NCBI GenBank assembly: GCA_049971295.1
Contig: JBMFLH010000018.1
Span: forward strand, 1-21,636
Length of the DNA stretch: 21,636 nucleotides
DNA from: Candidatus Ratteibacteria bacterium
Lineage (GTDB): Bacteria > Ratteibacteria > UBA8468 > B48-G9 > DTJG01
Direction: 5' to 3'
Below, in pieces: positions 1-8,756 of the stretch. The notes under the pieces were generated by a model. The model searched no databases. It was not told where the DNA came from and saw only the letters and a list, made by a program, of their open reading frames with translations. Positions within the stretch are counted from its first letter, which is position 1, and every line of letters begins with the position of its first letter. The position numbers and the translations under genes are program-made.

Positions 1-180
1 ATTTAAAGGGTTATCAAGTAATGCCTGTTTAAAAGGGCTGATATTATTGACCTGTTGAATCTGAGTCTCAAAAAAGTCGGACGGTTACGGGACCATTGCT
101 ACCAGTTGAGTCTGTTCTGAAAAGGAAAATTTTTATTGGACACTACTGATTTTTATCCATAAATTTTTTATATTACCTTT

Positions 181-821
181 ATGCGGAAATATTTGTTTTT
201 ATTGATTGTTGTATTGGTTGTTTATTCAATTTTCTTTATAATAACAGGAATAGGCTGCAGTCAGAAAAAAAAATGTGCAACCTGTGAATATGTCCATGAT
301 TAACGAAGCGTTAGAATATGGGGAAAAAATCATTAACAAACATTTTATGAATTAACCGACCCCTGCTCAGTTAATCTTGGATATGATATGGAAAAGGCAG
401 GATAACATTATATACGCTCTTTTTGAGGCTCGCTCTGGTGGGTAAAAATGCTGCTGACAATCAACAGCAGGTAGATATTAACCTTGCAAAAAAACTTTAT
501 TTAGATGAAGAAAAATATCTGCACTTTTATTTAATAATTTACGGAGATGACCCGAATTTTCCAAAAAGAACAAAGGTTTATTTGACATATAACGGTAAAA
601 AAATTAGACCTATTTCTTTTTGGCTTCCACCCTATACAGAGTTTTCAAGAGATTACTATAATATAGCAAAAGGAGAAACAAAATTTTCAAAATCTGGAAT
701 TCCTGATAATGCAATTGTAACGATTACTGTTGAAATTGCTCCTTTAAAAGGCCGAATAAAAGTTGAATTCTATCCAGGGTATACTACAAATTATACATTT
801 GACCTTTCCAAATACCGTTAA
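181..821 (+). pseudogene. Frameshifted putative lipoprotein (hypothetical)
   Basis: ATG at 181 gives MRKYLFLLIVVLVVYSIFFIITGIGCSQKK (hydrophobic signal plus lipobox-like GIGC) but stops at 303, after an A9 run (265-273). Plausible protein sequence continues through further frame changes (~348, ~397) into the listed ORF 423..821. Confidence 0.55.
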
Positions 822-853
822 TAAATAAAATAAAAATAAGGTTTAAACCTCAT

Positions 854-881
854 TTGACAAAAAATTGGGATTTTTTAAAAT
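854..881 (+). promoter_or_regulatory. Sigma70-type promoter of the folate C1 operon
   Basis: TTGACA (854-859), 16-nt spacer, TAAAAT (876-881). The ATG at 891 follows with no Shine-Dalgarno. Confidence 0.65.
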
Positions 882-890
882 CTATCTATT

Positions 891-1074
891 ATGGAATTTA
901 AATATCGTGAAGAAAGTCTTTGTTCTTATATTGAGAAACTTGCAGAAAAATCTCCCTGTCCAAGTGGTGGTAGCGCGGCAGTTCTTGTTGTTGCGCTTGC
1001 CAATTCTCTTGTTTGTATGTCTGCAAATTATACAGTAACCAGTAATCTTGTTGATGCAGAATCAAAAGAAAAAG
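891..1074 (+). pseudogene. fchA: 5' remnant of cyclodeaminase/cyclohydrolase family protein (FchA-like methenyl-THF cyclohydrolase)
   Basis: YIEKLAEKSPCPSGGSAAVLVVALANSLVCMSANYT matches the FTCD_C/FchA N-terminal motif (LAS.SPTPGGGSAAA...ALAAAL..M....T). Only ~60 codons remain and the junction position is approximate. Confidence 0.75.
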
Positions 1075-1183
1075 CGAAAGAAATATGTTCATGGATAACT
1101 CCAGTTCCTGGCGGGATAGGCCTGCCACAACAGTAATGCTTCTTAAAAATGTAATAGAATGTGCAAAATTACAAAACGAATGA
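1075..1183 (+). pseudogene. folD: 3' remnant of methylene-THF dehydrogenase/cyclohydrolase FolD
   Basis: SWITPVPGGIG, then after a 1-nt frameshift at ~1121 (G)PATTVMLLKNVIECAKLQNE* (TGA 1181-1183). This is the FolD C-terminal signature ITPVPGGVGPMT..MLL.N. Confidence 0.85.
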
Positions 1184-1186
1184 ACA

Positions 1187-3220
1187 ATGTTTAAGGATGA
1201 CAAAAAACAAATGATTGATTATACCAAATACAGACTAAAACCAGATGAAGAGATAAAGGAGATTTTCAAGAGTATTAATTCTGTTTTTATTATATGGTGT
1301 AAGAAGTGTTACAAGGAATTTACCACAGATATAGAACCCGAATGCGAAAGTCTTCATAAGATACTTGGAGAAAACCAAAATAAAATAAAAGGTTGTTCAG
1401 GAATTGATTTTTTGTGCAATAATTATCATACAACAAAAAGATTGATTGAATTAAACCTAAAGGAAAATGAAACAATAGGTGTTCTTTCATGTGGTATCGG
1501 AATACAGTTTGTGGCGTCGCTATTTGAAAATAAACGGGTTCTTGCACTTGCAGATTCTATCCCTCAAAGCAGTAACTCAACAAGCGAGGAAGGATATCAT
1601 GGTATGTCGCTTGGAAAGGAAAAATGTGCGGGTTGCAGTCAATGCTATCTCAATATTACAGGTGGAATCTGTCCTATCATTACCTGTTCTAAAAGTCTTT
1701 TGAATGGTCCCTGTGGCGGTGCAAAAAACGGTAAATGCGAGGTGAATCCTGAATTACCCTGTGCATGGGAAGAGATATATTTCCGACTTCAAAAACAACA
1801 TCGGATTTTTTCTAAAGAGGCGCAGATACGTAATTTCAATATATTTACATTTGAAGAGAAAAAATCCCTATCTATAAAAAACCTTGCATTTAGGAATGTT
1901 GAGTTTAGAGGCGGGATACATCCTGTGGAAAACAAACACATCACGGAAAACCTATCCATATCTGAATTTCCTGAACCAGATAGGGTTATCATTTTTCTTT
2001 CACAACATACAGGTTCTCCAGCAAAATTGATTGTTCAACCAGGAGACATCGTAAAAATTGGTCAGAAAATTGGTGAATGCACAGGGCTTATTTCATCACC
2101 AGTACATGCCAGCATTTCAGGAAAAGTGCTTTCCATAGAAGAAAAAGTCCATCCTTCTCTTCTGAAAAAAATGCCAGCGATTATTATAGAAAACAATTAC
2201 AAGAATGATATTCACGAATCCATAAAGCCTCTTTTTCCTGATTCTGATAAAGAAACACTGCTTGCCACAATCAGAGAAAAAGGAATTGTTGGAATGGGCG
2301 GGGCTATGTTTCCAACCAGCGTAAAACTTCTTTCAAAAAAACCAATTGATACCCTGATTGTAAATGGATGTGAATGTGAGCCTTATTTAAATGCGGATAA
2401 TCGTTTGATGATTGAATATCCTGATGATATTTTCAAAGGGATAGAAGTGGCAAAAAAAATTCTTAATGTAGATTCAGTGATTATTGGTATTGAAGAAAAT
2501 AAACCACTGGCATTTAAAAAGATGTCAGGTATTGCAATAGAAAAAACCAATGTGAAACTAATTTCTCTTAAAACAAAATATCCTCAAGGGGCAGAAAAAA
2601 TACTTATCAGGCGGCTGGTTGGGAGAGAAGTACCTGAAGGTGGACTTCCTCTTGATGTGGGAGTTGTGGTACTGAACATCGCTACGCTTCGGGCAATATA
2701 TAAAGCAGTATATGAAGGGTTACCGTTGATAGATAGGGTTATAACCATTTCTGGAAACACAATCAAACGTCCAGGTAATTATCTTGTGAAAATTGGTACA
2801 CCATTAAATGTAATTATTAATTTTGCGCTGGATGGAGATACCAATAACATATCACAAAAGAATGTGTTTATGGGTGGACCAATGATGGGTATTCTTCAAA
2901 AAGATTTTCATACCGGTATTATAAAAGGGACCACAGGCATTACAATTACTGAAAAATATCCCATAGAGGTTTCTGAAGAAAGAGAGTGTATAAAATGCGG
3001 TAGATGCGTTGAGGTTTGTCCGGTTGACCTTTTCCCTTTTCAGTATTTTTATTACGGCAAAAAACAGTTATGGAAAGAAACCGCACGGTATAAGGTGAAA
3101 AACTGTATTGAATGTGCATCGTGTCAGTATGTATGTCCATCAAAAATAGATTTACTGGGTTACATAAAAAAGGCAAAAATTTATGCTTATAACAAAACTG
3201 AAAAAAATATCGGAGATTGA
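1187..3220 (+). CDS. Fusion of a MetV-like (MTHFR_C, Cys-rich) domain and an RnfC/RsxC-like NADH/FMN/2x[4Fe-4S] subunit; probable RnfC2-type MTHFR subunit
   Basis: N-terminal part: CKKC, SCGIGIQ, CAGCSQCYLNITGGICPIITCSKSLLNGPCGGAKNGKCEV (MetV). From residue ~240: FRGGIHP, SQHTGSPA, PVHASISGKV, GIVGMGGAMFPT, NGCECEPYL, YPQGAEK, GGPMMG, CIKCGRCVEVCP, CIECASCQYVCP (RnfC). Alternative start at ATG 1211. Confidence 0.9.
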   Translation: MFKDDKKQMIDYTKYRLKPDEEIKEIFKSINSVFIIWCKKCYKEFTTDIEPECESLHKILGENQNKIKGCSGIDFLCNNYHTTKRLIELNLKENETIGVLSCGIGIQFVASLFENKRVLALADSIPQSSNSTSEEGYHGMSLGKEKCAGCSQCYLNITGGICPIITCSKSLLNGPCGGAKNGKCEVNPELPCAWEEIYFRLQKQHRIFSKEAQIRNFNIFTFEEKKSLSIKNLAFRNVEFRGGIHPVENKHITENLSISEFPEPDRVIIFLSQHTGSPAKLIVQPGDIVKIGQKIGECTGLISSPVHASISGKVLSIEEKVHPSLLKKMPAIIIENNYKNDIHESIKPLFPDSDKETLLATIREKGIVGMGGAMFPTSVKLLSKKPIDTLIVNGCECEPYLNADNRLMIEYPDDIFKGIEVAKKILNVDSVIIGIEENKPLAFKKMSGIAIEKTNVKLISLKTKYPQGAEKILIRRLVGREVPEGGLPLDVGVVVLNIATLRAIYKAVYEGLPLIDRVITISGNTIKRPGNYLVKIGTPLNVIINFALDGDTNNISQKNVFMGGPMMGILQKDFHTGIIKGTTGITITEKYPIEVSEERECIKCGRCVEVCPVDLFPFQYFYYGKKQLWKETARYKVKNCIECASCQYVCPSKIDLLGYIKKAKIYAYNKTEKNIGD

Positions 3221-3854
3221 ATCTTACTTCTATCACAATACATTTGTGATAAAATGTTTTGGCTGTAAAGAGGTCTATTTTCCGGAAGAAGAAATTGATG
3301 TTTTCCTTCAGAAGAGAACGGAGCATATTACTGCTATCGCGCGGTTGGATTATCTATGCAATGAAGAATTTTCAAGAGACTATATTTCTAAATATCTGAC
3401 AGATATTGAAAGGGCTGATACTGTTATTGTTTTTTCCTGCGGTGTCGGGGTACAGGTTGTCGCAAGAATTGTGGAAGGAAAGAAAGTATTGACTGGATGC
3501 GATACCTCTTATATCAATGGATTTCAGGGACTTACAGCACAACCATATGATTGCAGACAATGTGGTGAATGTTATTTGAATTATACAGGTGGTATATGTC
3601 CCATAACCGCATGTTCCAAACATCTTTTAAACGGTCCGTGCGGTGGATATAAAAATGGGAAATGCGAGGTCAATCCAGAGATGGACTGTGGATGGTGTCT
3701 TATCTATAAAAGGCTTTCTCTACAGAAGAAAGAAAACAAATTTATTACTGATTGTAGGATAAGAAATTATCAACGATATATTATAGAGCCACAAAAAGAT
3801 ACATTAGACGCCACGCAGGTTAATCAGAATACTGAAACACAAAAACAAAAATGA
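3183..3854 (+). CDS. metV: Methylene-THF reductase small subunit MetV (MTHFR C-terminal domain protein)
   Basis: MLITKLK N-terminus, CFGC, SCGVGVQ, CRQCGECYLNYTGGICPITACSKHLLNGPCGGYKNGKCEVNPEMDCGW; immediately upstream of metF. Confidence 0.9.
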   Translation: MLITKLKKISEIESYFYHNTFVIKCFGCKEVYFPEEEIDVFLQKRTEHITAIARLDYLCNEEFSRDYISKYLTDIERADTVIVFSCGVGVQVVARIVEGKKVLTGCDTSYINGFQGLTAQPYDCRQCGECYLNYTGGICPITACSKHLLNGPCGGYKNGKCEVNPEMDCGWCLIYKRLSLQKKENKFITDCRIRNYQRYIIEPQKDTLDATQVNQNTETQKQK

Positions 3855-3870
3855 AACGAGGAGAATAAAG

Positions 3871-4743
3871 ATGACTTTTTCAGAAAAATTGCAAAATAAT
3901 AAATTTGTCATTACATCAGAAATTGGGCCTCCTAAGGGCACAAATATACAACCGCATATCACAGAGGCTGAACACATAAAAGAAAGAATTGACGCTTTTA
4001 ATGTGACAGACCTGCAGAGTTCTGTAATGCGTTTAGGTTCTCTTGCAACCTGTAGACTTCTTATTGAGAAAGGGCTTGAACCTATTTTTCAGATTACCTG
4101 CAGGGATAGAAACAGACTGGCCCTTCAGTCTGACCTTTTAAGTGCATATGTGCTTGGGATAAGGAATGTACTGGTGTTGACAGGAGACCATGTTGTACTT
4201 GGTGACCATCCTGAAGCGAAACCAGTATTTGACCTTGATTCAGTGAGTCTTCTGAAGGTTATTTCTGATATGATGAATGGTAGGGATATGAAGGGAAATG
4301 AGCTGGACGGAAAGGTTGAATTTTTTCCTGGGGCAGTGGTCAGTCCGTGCTCTGACCCTGTGGAACCGCAGATATTGAAAATGGAAAAAAAGATTGAATA
4401 TGGTGCGCGTTTCTTTCAAACACAAGCAGTGTACGACATAAAAGCATTTGAAAAATTTATGAAAACTGTAGAAAAATATAATGTGCCAATTCTTGGAGGG
4501 ATAGTACTGTTGAAATCTGCGGGTATGGCAAAATTCATGAATGAGAAGGTCGCAGGCGTCAATGTTCCTGAACATTATATCAAAATGATGGCTCAGGCAA
4601 AAAAAGAGGAACGTGCTAAAACAAGTATAAGAATCGCAGCAGAACTCATCAGAGGCATGAAAGAAATCTGTCAGGGTATACATATAATGCCGCTTGGCTG
4701 GGAAAAATATATTCCTGATGTTCTTAACGAAGCAGGATTTTAA
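3871..4743 (+). CDS. metF: 5,10-methylenetetrahydrofolate reductase, flavin subunit
   Basis: ITSEIGPPKGT, NVTDLQSSVMRLGSL, QITCRDRNRLALQSDL, LTGDH, GARFFQTQAVYD; RBS GAGGAG upstream. Confidence 0.93.
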   Translation: MTFSEKLQNNKFVITSEIGPPKGTNIQPHITEAEHIKERIDAFNVTDLQSSVMRLGSLATCRLLIEKGLEPIFQITCRDRNRLALQSDLLSAYVLGIRNVLVLTGDHVVLGDHPEAKPVFDLDSVSLLKVISDMMNGRDMKGNELDGKVEFFPGAVVSPCSDPVEPQILKMEKKIEYGARFFQTQAVYDIKAFEKFMKTVEKYNVPILGGIVLLKSAGMAKFMNEKVAGVNVPEHYIKMMAQAKKEERAKTSIRIAAELIRGMKEICQGIHIMPLGWEKYIPDVLNEAGF

Positions 4744-4746
4744 ACA

Positions 4747-5560
4747 ATGAAAAGATTGTTTTTATCCCCAAAAGAAATTTCAAGCGAACTGGTTCAAATC
4801 TGTATTAGAAAAGCACAGGCATCTCTTTTGAACTTTTTCTCTTCGGGATTCTTGCCGGGATATATATTGGATTTGGAGCACAAACCGCTCTTACAATATT
4901 AAGCGGCTCAACCCTTGATCCGGGTTTTGCAAGGTTTCTTGCAGGTAGTGTATTCAGTGTCGGATTGATGCTGGTATTGATACCCGGTGCTGAATTGTTT
5001 ACAGGCAACATTCTTATGACAATAGGATTGATAGATAAAAAATATGGTTCTATGAAAATGCTGCGCAACTGGTGTGTGGTATATATTGGAAACTTCATTG
5101 GTTCTGTGCTTCTTGCCTGGTTTTTAAATCAGGGCTGATGGGTTCAATCGCCACAGGATTATCTCCGGTAGGTAATATCGCGGTAAAGATTGCAGAAACC
5201 AAACTCTCCCTTTCTTTTACTGAGGGATTCACACGTGGCATACTTTGCAATATGCTGGTTTGTTTAGGCGTGATTATGTGTATTTCATCTCTAACTATTA
5301 CAGGAAAAATTTTTGGAATATATTTTCCCATAATGGCTTTTGTGGCATGTGGTTATGAACACTCAATCGCAAATATGTTTTTTATCCCGGCCGGTATGAT
5401 GGTAAAATGTGATTTGTATTCGGGTTTTGTTTTATTGTGGAAAAATCTTATACCTGTTACATTCGGTAATATTGTTGGCGGGGTACTTCTTGTCTTTTTT
5501 CATCCAAAAATGGAACAAAAACTTTTTAATTACCGACCAGATAGAAATATTTTGGCATAA
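4747..5560 (+). pseudogene. Formate/nitrite transporter (FNT; FocA/FdhC-like) with two frameshifts
   Basis: MKRLFLSPKEI start; frameshift ~4835 into GILAGIYIGFG...FSVGLMLVLIPGAELFTGN...NWCVVYIGNFIGS; frameshift ~5120 into ...GILCNMLVCLG...FVACGYEHSIANMFFIP...NLIPVTFGNIVGG. All are FNT signatures. Confidence 0.88.
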
Positions 5561-5573
5561 GAAAGGAGAAAAA

Positions 5574-6097
5574 ATGCTTTCAGATCTTGAAATTGCTCAA
5601 AAAGCCGTTGTTAAACCAATAAAAGAAATCGCTGAAAAAGCAGGAATTGATGAAACCTTTATTGAACTCTATGGAAACTATAAAGCAAAGGTTTCTCTGG
5701 ATATATTGGAAAAATTAAAAAATAGGCCCCACGGAAGATATATAGATGTAACAGCAATAACATCTACACCCTTAGACGAAGGAAAAACTGTAACAACCTC
5801 GGACTATCACAAGCCATTGGAAAACTGGTTGCAAACAACAATAAAAAGGTTTTTACCTGCATCAGACAGCCATCGCTTGGTCCTGTTTTTGGAATCAAAG
5901 GAGGTGCTGCAGGTGGTGGATATTCGCAGGTAATCCCGATGGAGGATTTTAATCTTCATCTCACTGGAGATGTTCATGCGGTTGGATTGGCACATAACCT
6001 TCTTGCTGCATTTACTGATAATGCGGCACTTAAAAATAAATCCTCTATCAATTACATGGCGACGTGTTGTTGATGTGTCAGATAGATTTTTAAGGAA
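5574..6097 (+). pseudogene. fhs: Formate--tetrahydrofolate ligase, 5' part only, frameshifted and IS-truncated
   Basis: RBS AAGGAG; MLSDLEIAQ...ELYGNYKAKV...[16 protein letters not shown]; frameshift ~5798 into GLSQA...[49 protein letters not shown]; frameshift ~6025 into [16 protein letters not shown], ending at the IS end. Confidence 0.93.
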
Positions 6098-6926
6098 GGT
6101 AATGGCTAAACAATTCGCACCAAATTTTTATCGTATTCTGTTTGTTTTAAGATCTTTAATATCGTCGGAAAAAGGTCTTCGTGCCTATGATTAAACCTGA
6201 AAGAAATTTCACCCAAATAAAAATGGAAAAACTTTTTGGGCACTCCCCGATACTGATAAAGCCAGTTTTTGGCATAACTCCAGAAGCCCTCAATTCCATT
6301 AAGATGATTTCTACCTTTGGGACGTCCCTTTTCTTTTCTTACCACAACATGATTTCCTCGCAATCCCAAAGAAGCATAGGCATGCCAATCATCCGTGTAG
6401 TAGAGACTTCCTGGTTTAGTTACTTTACTAATCACTGGAATCAAACGCTGAGCGCTTCTGCCTTTTACCGGAAAAGTTCTTACTTTCCCATCGCGCTGCA
6501 AAATTCCCAAAATCAAAAATTTCCCCCCTGCTCCCCAGCCGCGTTTGCCTTTTCTTTTTCCTCCAAACATCGTCTCATCGCACTCAATTTCTCCAGTAAA
6601 TGGTTCCGAACATTCTTCAGCAATACTCAAAAGTTTACGAATAACTCGGAAAAACTTTTTTATGGTTTCATCGGATACCTTGCTTCTAAAACGAAGTCTA
6701 TAAACCGGCACTCCCAGAACAAAATACTCCAACAGTTTTCTTTTATCTCTTTCAGATATTCTAAAAGAATTCCAGATGCTTTTGAAAGTGTATGTTATTT
6801 ACACTTACGACACTTAAATCGTCCGTCTTTGCGTTTCCAGGCCCAATGGTATCCACACCTGGGACATTGTCGCTTCATAAATATATATTTTATAATAATT
6901 TTGGTGCGATTTCATTGGCTATTACC
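6098..6926 (-). mobile_element. IS1595-family insertion sequence (~830 bp)
   Basis: Imperfect terminal inverted repeats: GGTAATGGCTAAACAATTCGCACCAAA (6098-6124) versus the reverse complement of 6900-6926, GGTAATAGCCAATGAAATCGCACCAAA (22/27 identical; the match extends 3 more nt outward). They enclose a DDE transposase. Confidence 0.88.
6106..6878 (-). pseudogene. IS1595-family DDE transposase with N-terminal zinc ribbon, frameshifted near 6800
   Basis: ATG 6878: MKRQCPRCGYHWAWKRKDGRFKCRKCK*. Restoring one A joins it to the frame with EIECDETMFGG, YTDDWHAY, NGIEGFWSYAK and YLGEISFRFN (listed ORF 6106..6732). Confidence 0.85.
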
Positions 6927-7745
6927 TTCATTTTTTATTGGTAATAATCCTCATGGTTATTATTCAGATGCCCAGAAAGCCATGGTGTCATTTTTCTGTA
7001 AAATTGCCGGAAAAAAAGTCGTTGCCACGGATCCAGAAATAAAGGTCGAAAAACCCGAAACACTGTTTGCCACAGAAAATGGCAATGTGATTTCCGCAGG
7101 TTCAAAACCAATTTATTTGATAATAGGAGAAAAGGCAGAACAGATTGAAAAAACAAGGCCAAAGTTGGCAGAAAAGGATTTAGAAAGTCGAATAAGAAAA
7201 TTTTTGAAAATCCCGGAAATGATAGATGTTCCTTATTGCAGAGTTCTCAGGCCTCAGATGATTAAAAAATCCACAGAGGATGAAATTCTTGAAAAAAGAA
7301 AATTTTTGCCAGATTATCCCGAATATTTTGTTGATGTCAGGGGCCTTGATGAATCAATGCCTGAGGAAAAGAAAAGTTTTTTCAGGCCATATGGGTATGA
7401 CTTTATGATGGACATGTGTCATACCATGTTTGGAGAAATTTATCCCGGTAAAAGAATTTTTGATGTGCTTTCAACCATTGAATTACTGAAAAACAAAAGC
7501 TGCAAAATTATCAACCTTTATGGAAATCGCCAGGCCGCATTAATAGGACTATTTGTCGCTTTTCTTTCTAATGCAGTGGAAGCCTTTTATCTTAAAAATC
7601 TCCCAGAATCCTTTTCCGCTCCATGCAAAACTGTATCAACACAACTGCCATCGGTCAACTTTCCGAAAGGGTACTAAAAATCACTGATATCCCTGAAATT
7701 TTTTATTATTTGAAGAAAAACAAAAAGATTGTCGTGCTAAAGTAA
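6927..7745 (+). pseudogene. 3' remnant of an alpha/beta-hydrolase (acetyl xylan esterase-like) gene
   Basis: The frame begins abruptly at the IS end (FIGNNPHGYYSDAQKAM...VDVRGLDESMP...GKRIFDVLSTIELLK...INLYGNRQAA). A frameshift at ~7670 separates the tail (VLKITDIPEI...*, stop 7745). No start codon outside the IS. Confidence 0.55.
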
Positions 7746-7768
7746 ATCAGATAGCGCCTGTTACCATT

Positions 7769-8599
7769 TCAAATTGTCCAGATATCATGTTCTGTGATCC
7801 CTGCCTTTTCAATCATTGAAGCAGCTTTTTCAAAATCAAAATTGTACGATTGATGGCAGTCGGTGCCAATAGAAAATTTTACTCCTCTAAATTTCAAGAA
7901 TGAAAGATATTCAAGATACTGCATCTTAAAATTTTCTGGATACGAAGGATGCAAAATTATTGCATGCAGATTTATCTCAACAACCTTTTTGTTTTCAACC
8001 ACAGCATCAGCAAATTCTTTGTGCATGCTTTTCGGTATCACATTAAAATCATGGAACCATGGTTCAAATTGCGCCACATGTTTTTTCCAGTACCCCGAAT
8101 GAAACCACCATGGGTGAGCCACAATAGTCACAAGGGGATGCGTCGCAAGAAACATATTCTGACGATGATAATCCCTTATCAAACAATCGCGTTCCCATGG
8201 AACATAAAGAGGCCAGTGAGTTCCACCTATCACATATTCTATTCCAAGTTTTTCAATATCCTGCTGGCTGATATCAATCGCTGGTTCAGCCCAGGCAGGC
8301 CCACCTTCGCGAATTCCACATACTGCGTTTTCATAACCGCCTTTTTTGATCAGTTCTATTTCCCACAAAGATACACAACTTACCTCAATCCCAAAATGAA
8401 ATCCTTCGGTCTGATTTTCAAGATATTCTCTCCTTGATGCTTCAATATCCGGAAGGTTGATCCGTGTATTCAAATGGTCAGATACTCCGAATTTTCTAAT
8501 CCGGTTTTTTCTGACAGACGCAATAATGTCCTTGATGGTCATTGACGCTTCATCAAAAGAGTTATGTGAGTGAATGTGCCAATCTGTCTCAATTTTCAT
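7769..8599 (-). CDS. PHP-domain metallophosphoesterase (histidinol phosphatase-like)
   Basis: DWHIHSHNS, GVSDH, GIEVS, GGTH, VAHPW, VVEIN, SIGTDCH metal-binding motifs; RBS AGGAG before ATG 8599. Confidence 0.85.
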   Translation of the reverse strand: MKIETDWHIHSHNSFDEASMTIKDIIASVRKNRIRKFGVSDHLNTRINLPDIEASRREYLENQTEGFHFGIEVSCVSLWEIELIKKGGYENAVCGIREGGPAWAEPAIDISQQDIEKLGIEYVIGGTHWPLYVPWERDCLIRDYHRQNMFLATHPLVTIVAHPWWFHSGYWKKHVAQFEPWFHDFNVIPKSMHKEFADAVVENKKVVEINLHAIILHPSYPENFKMQYLEYLSFLKFRGVKFSIGTDCHQSYNFDFEKAASMIEKAGITEHDIWTI

Positions 8600-8631
8600 A
8601 CTTAAAACTCCTGTAAAATATGGATAAAAAA

Positions 8632-8660
8632 TTGTCTGATAGTTCAAAACATAGTAAAAT
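8632..8660 (+). promoter_or_regulatory. Probable tRNA promoter
   Basis: TTGTCT (8632-8637), 17-nt spacer, TAAAAT (8655-8660), 14 nt before the tRNA. Confidence 0.5.
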
Positions 8661-8674
8661 TTTATCATAAGAAA

Positions 8675-8756
8675 GCGAGGATGGCGGAAATGGCAGACGC
8701 GCTGGACTTAGGATCCAGTGCCGAAAGGCATGGGGGTTCAACTCCCCCTCCTCGCA
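8675..8756 (+). tRNA. tRNA-Leu(TAG), CCA not encoded
   Basis: Acceptor GCGAGGA/TCCTCGC plus discriminator A; D arm GGCGGAAATGGCAGACGC; anticodon arm CTGGA-CTTAGGA-TCCAG; long variable arm TGCC-GAAA-GGCA; T arm GGGGG-TTCAACT-CCCCC. Confidence 0.97.

Noticed and set aside
1..160. Possible minus-strand gene remnant at the window edge
   Set aside because: The most protein-like frame has two stops and no motif I can assign.
1187..3220. Membrane Rnf complex operon
   Set aside because: No rnfD/G/E/A/B in the window; the context is metV-metF.
5409..5933. 174-aa ORF with an N-terminal extension on Fhs
   Set aside because: The true start is ATG 5574 with an AAGGAG RBS; the upstream part overlaps the transporter gene in another frame.
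6790..6810. Programmed frameshift in the transposase
   Set aside because: No slippery heptamer or downstream structure is evident, and IS1595 transposases are normally single ORFs; a 1-nt loss is simpler.
6181..7677. 498-aa plus-strand ORF as a real protein
   Set aside because: Its first half is the antisense of the IS transposase; it only runs in frame by chance into the hydrolase remnant after 6927.
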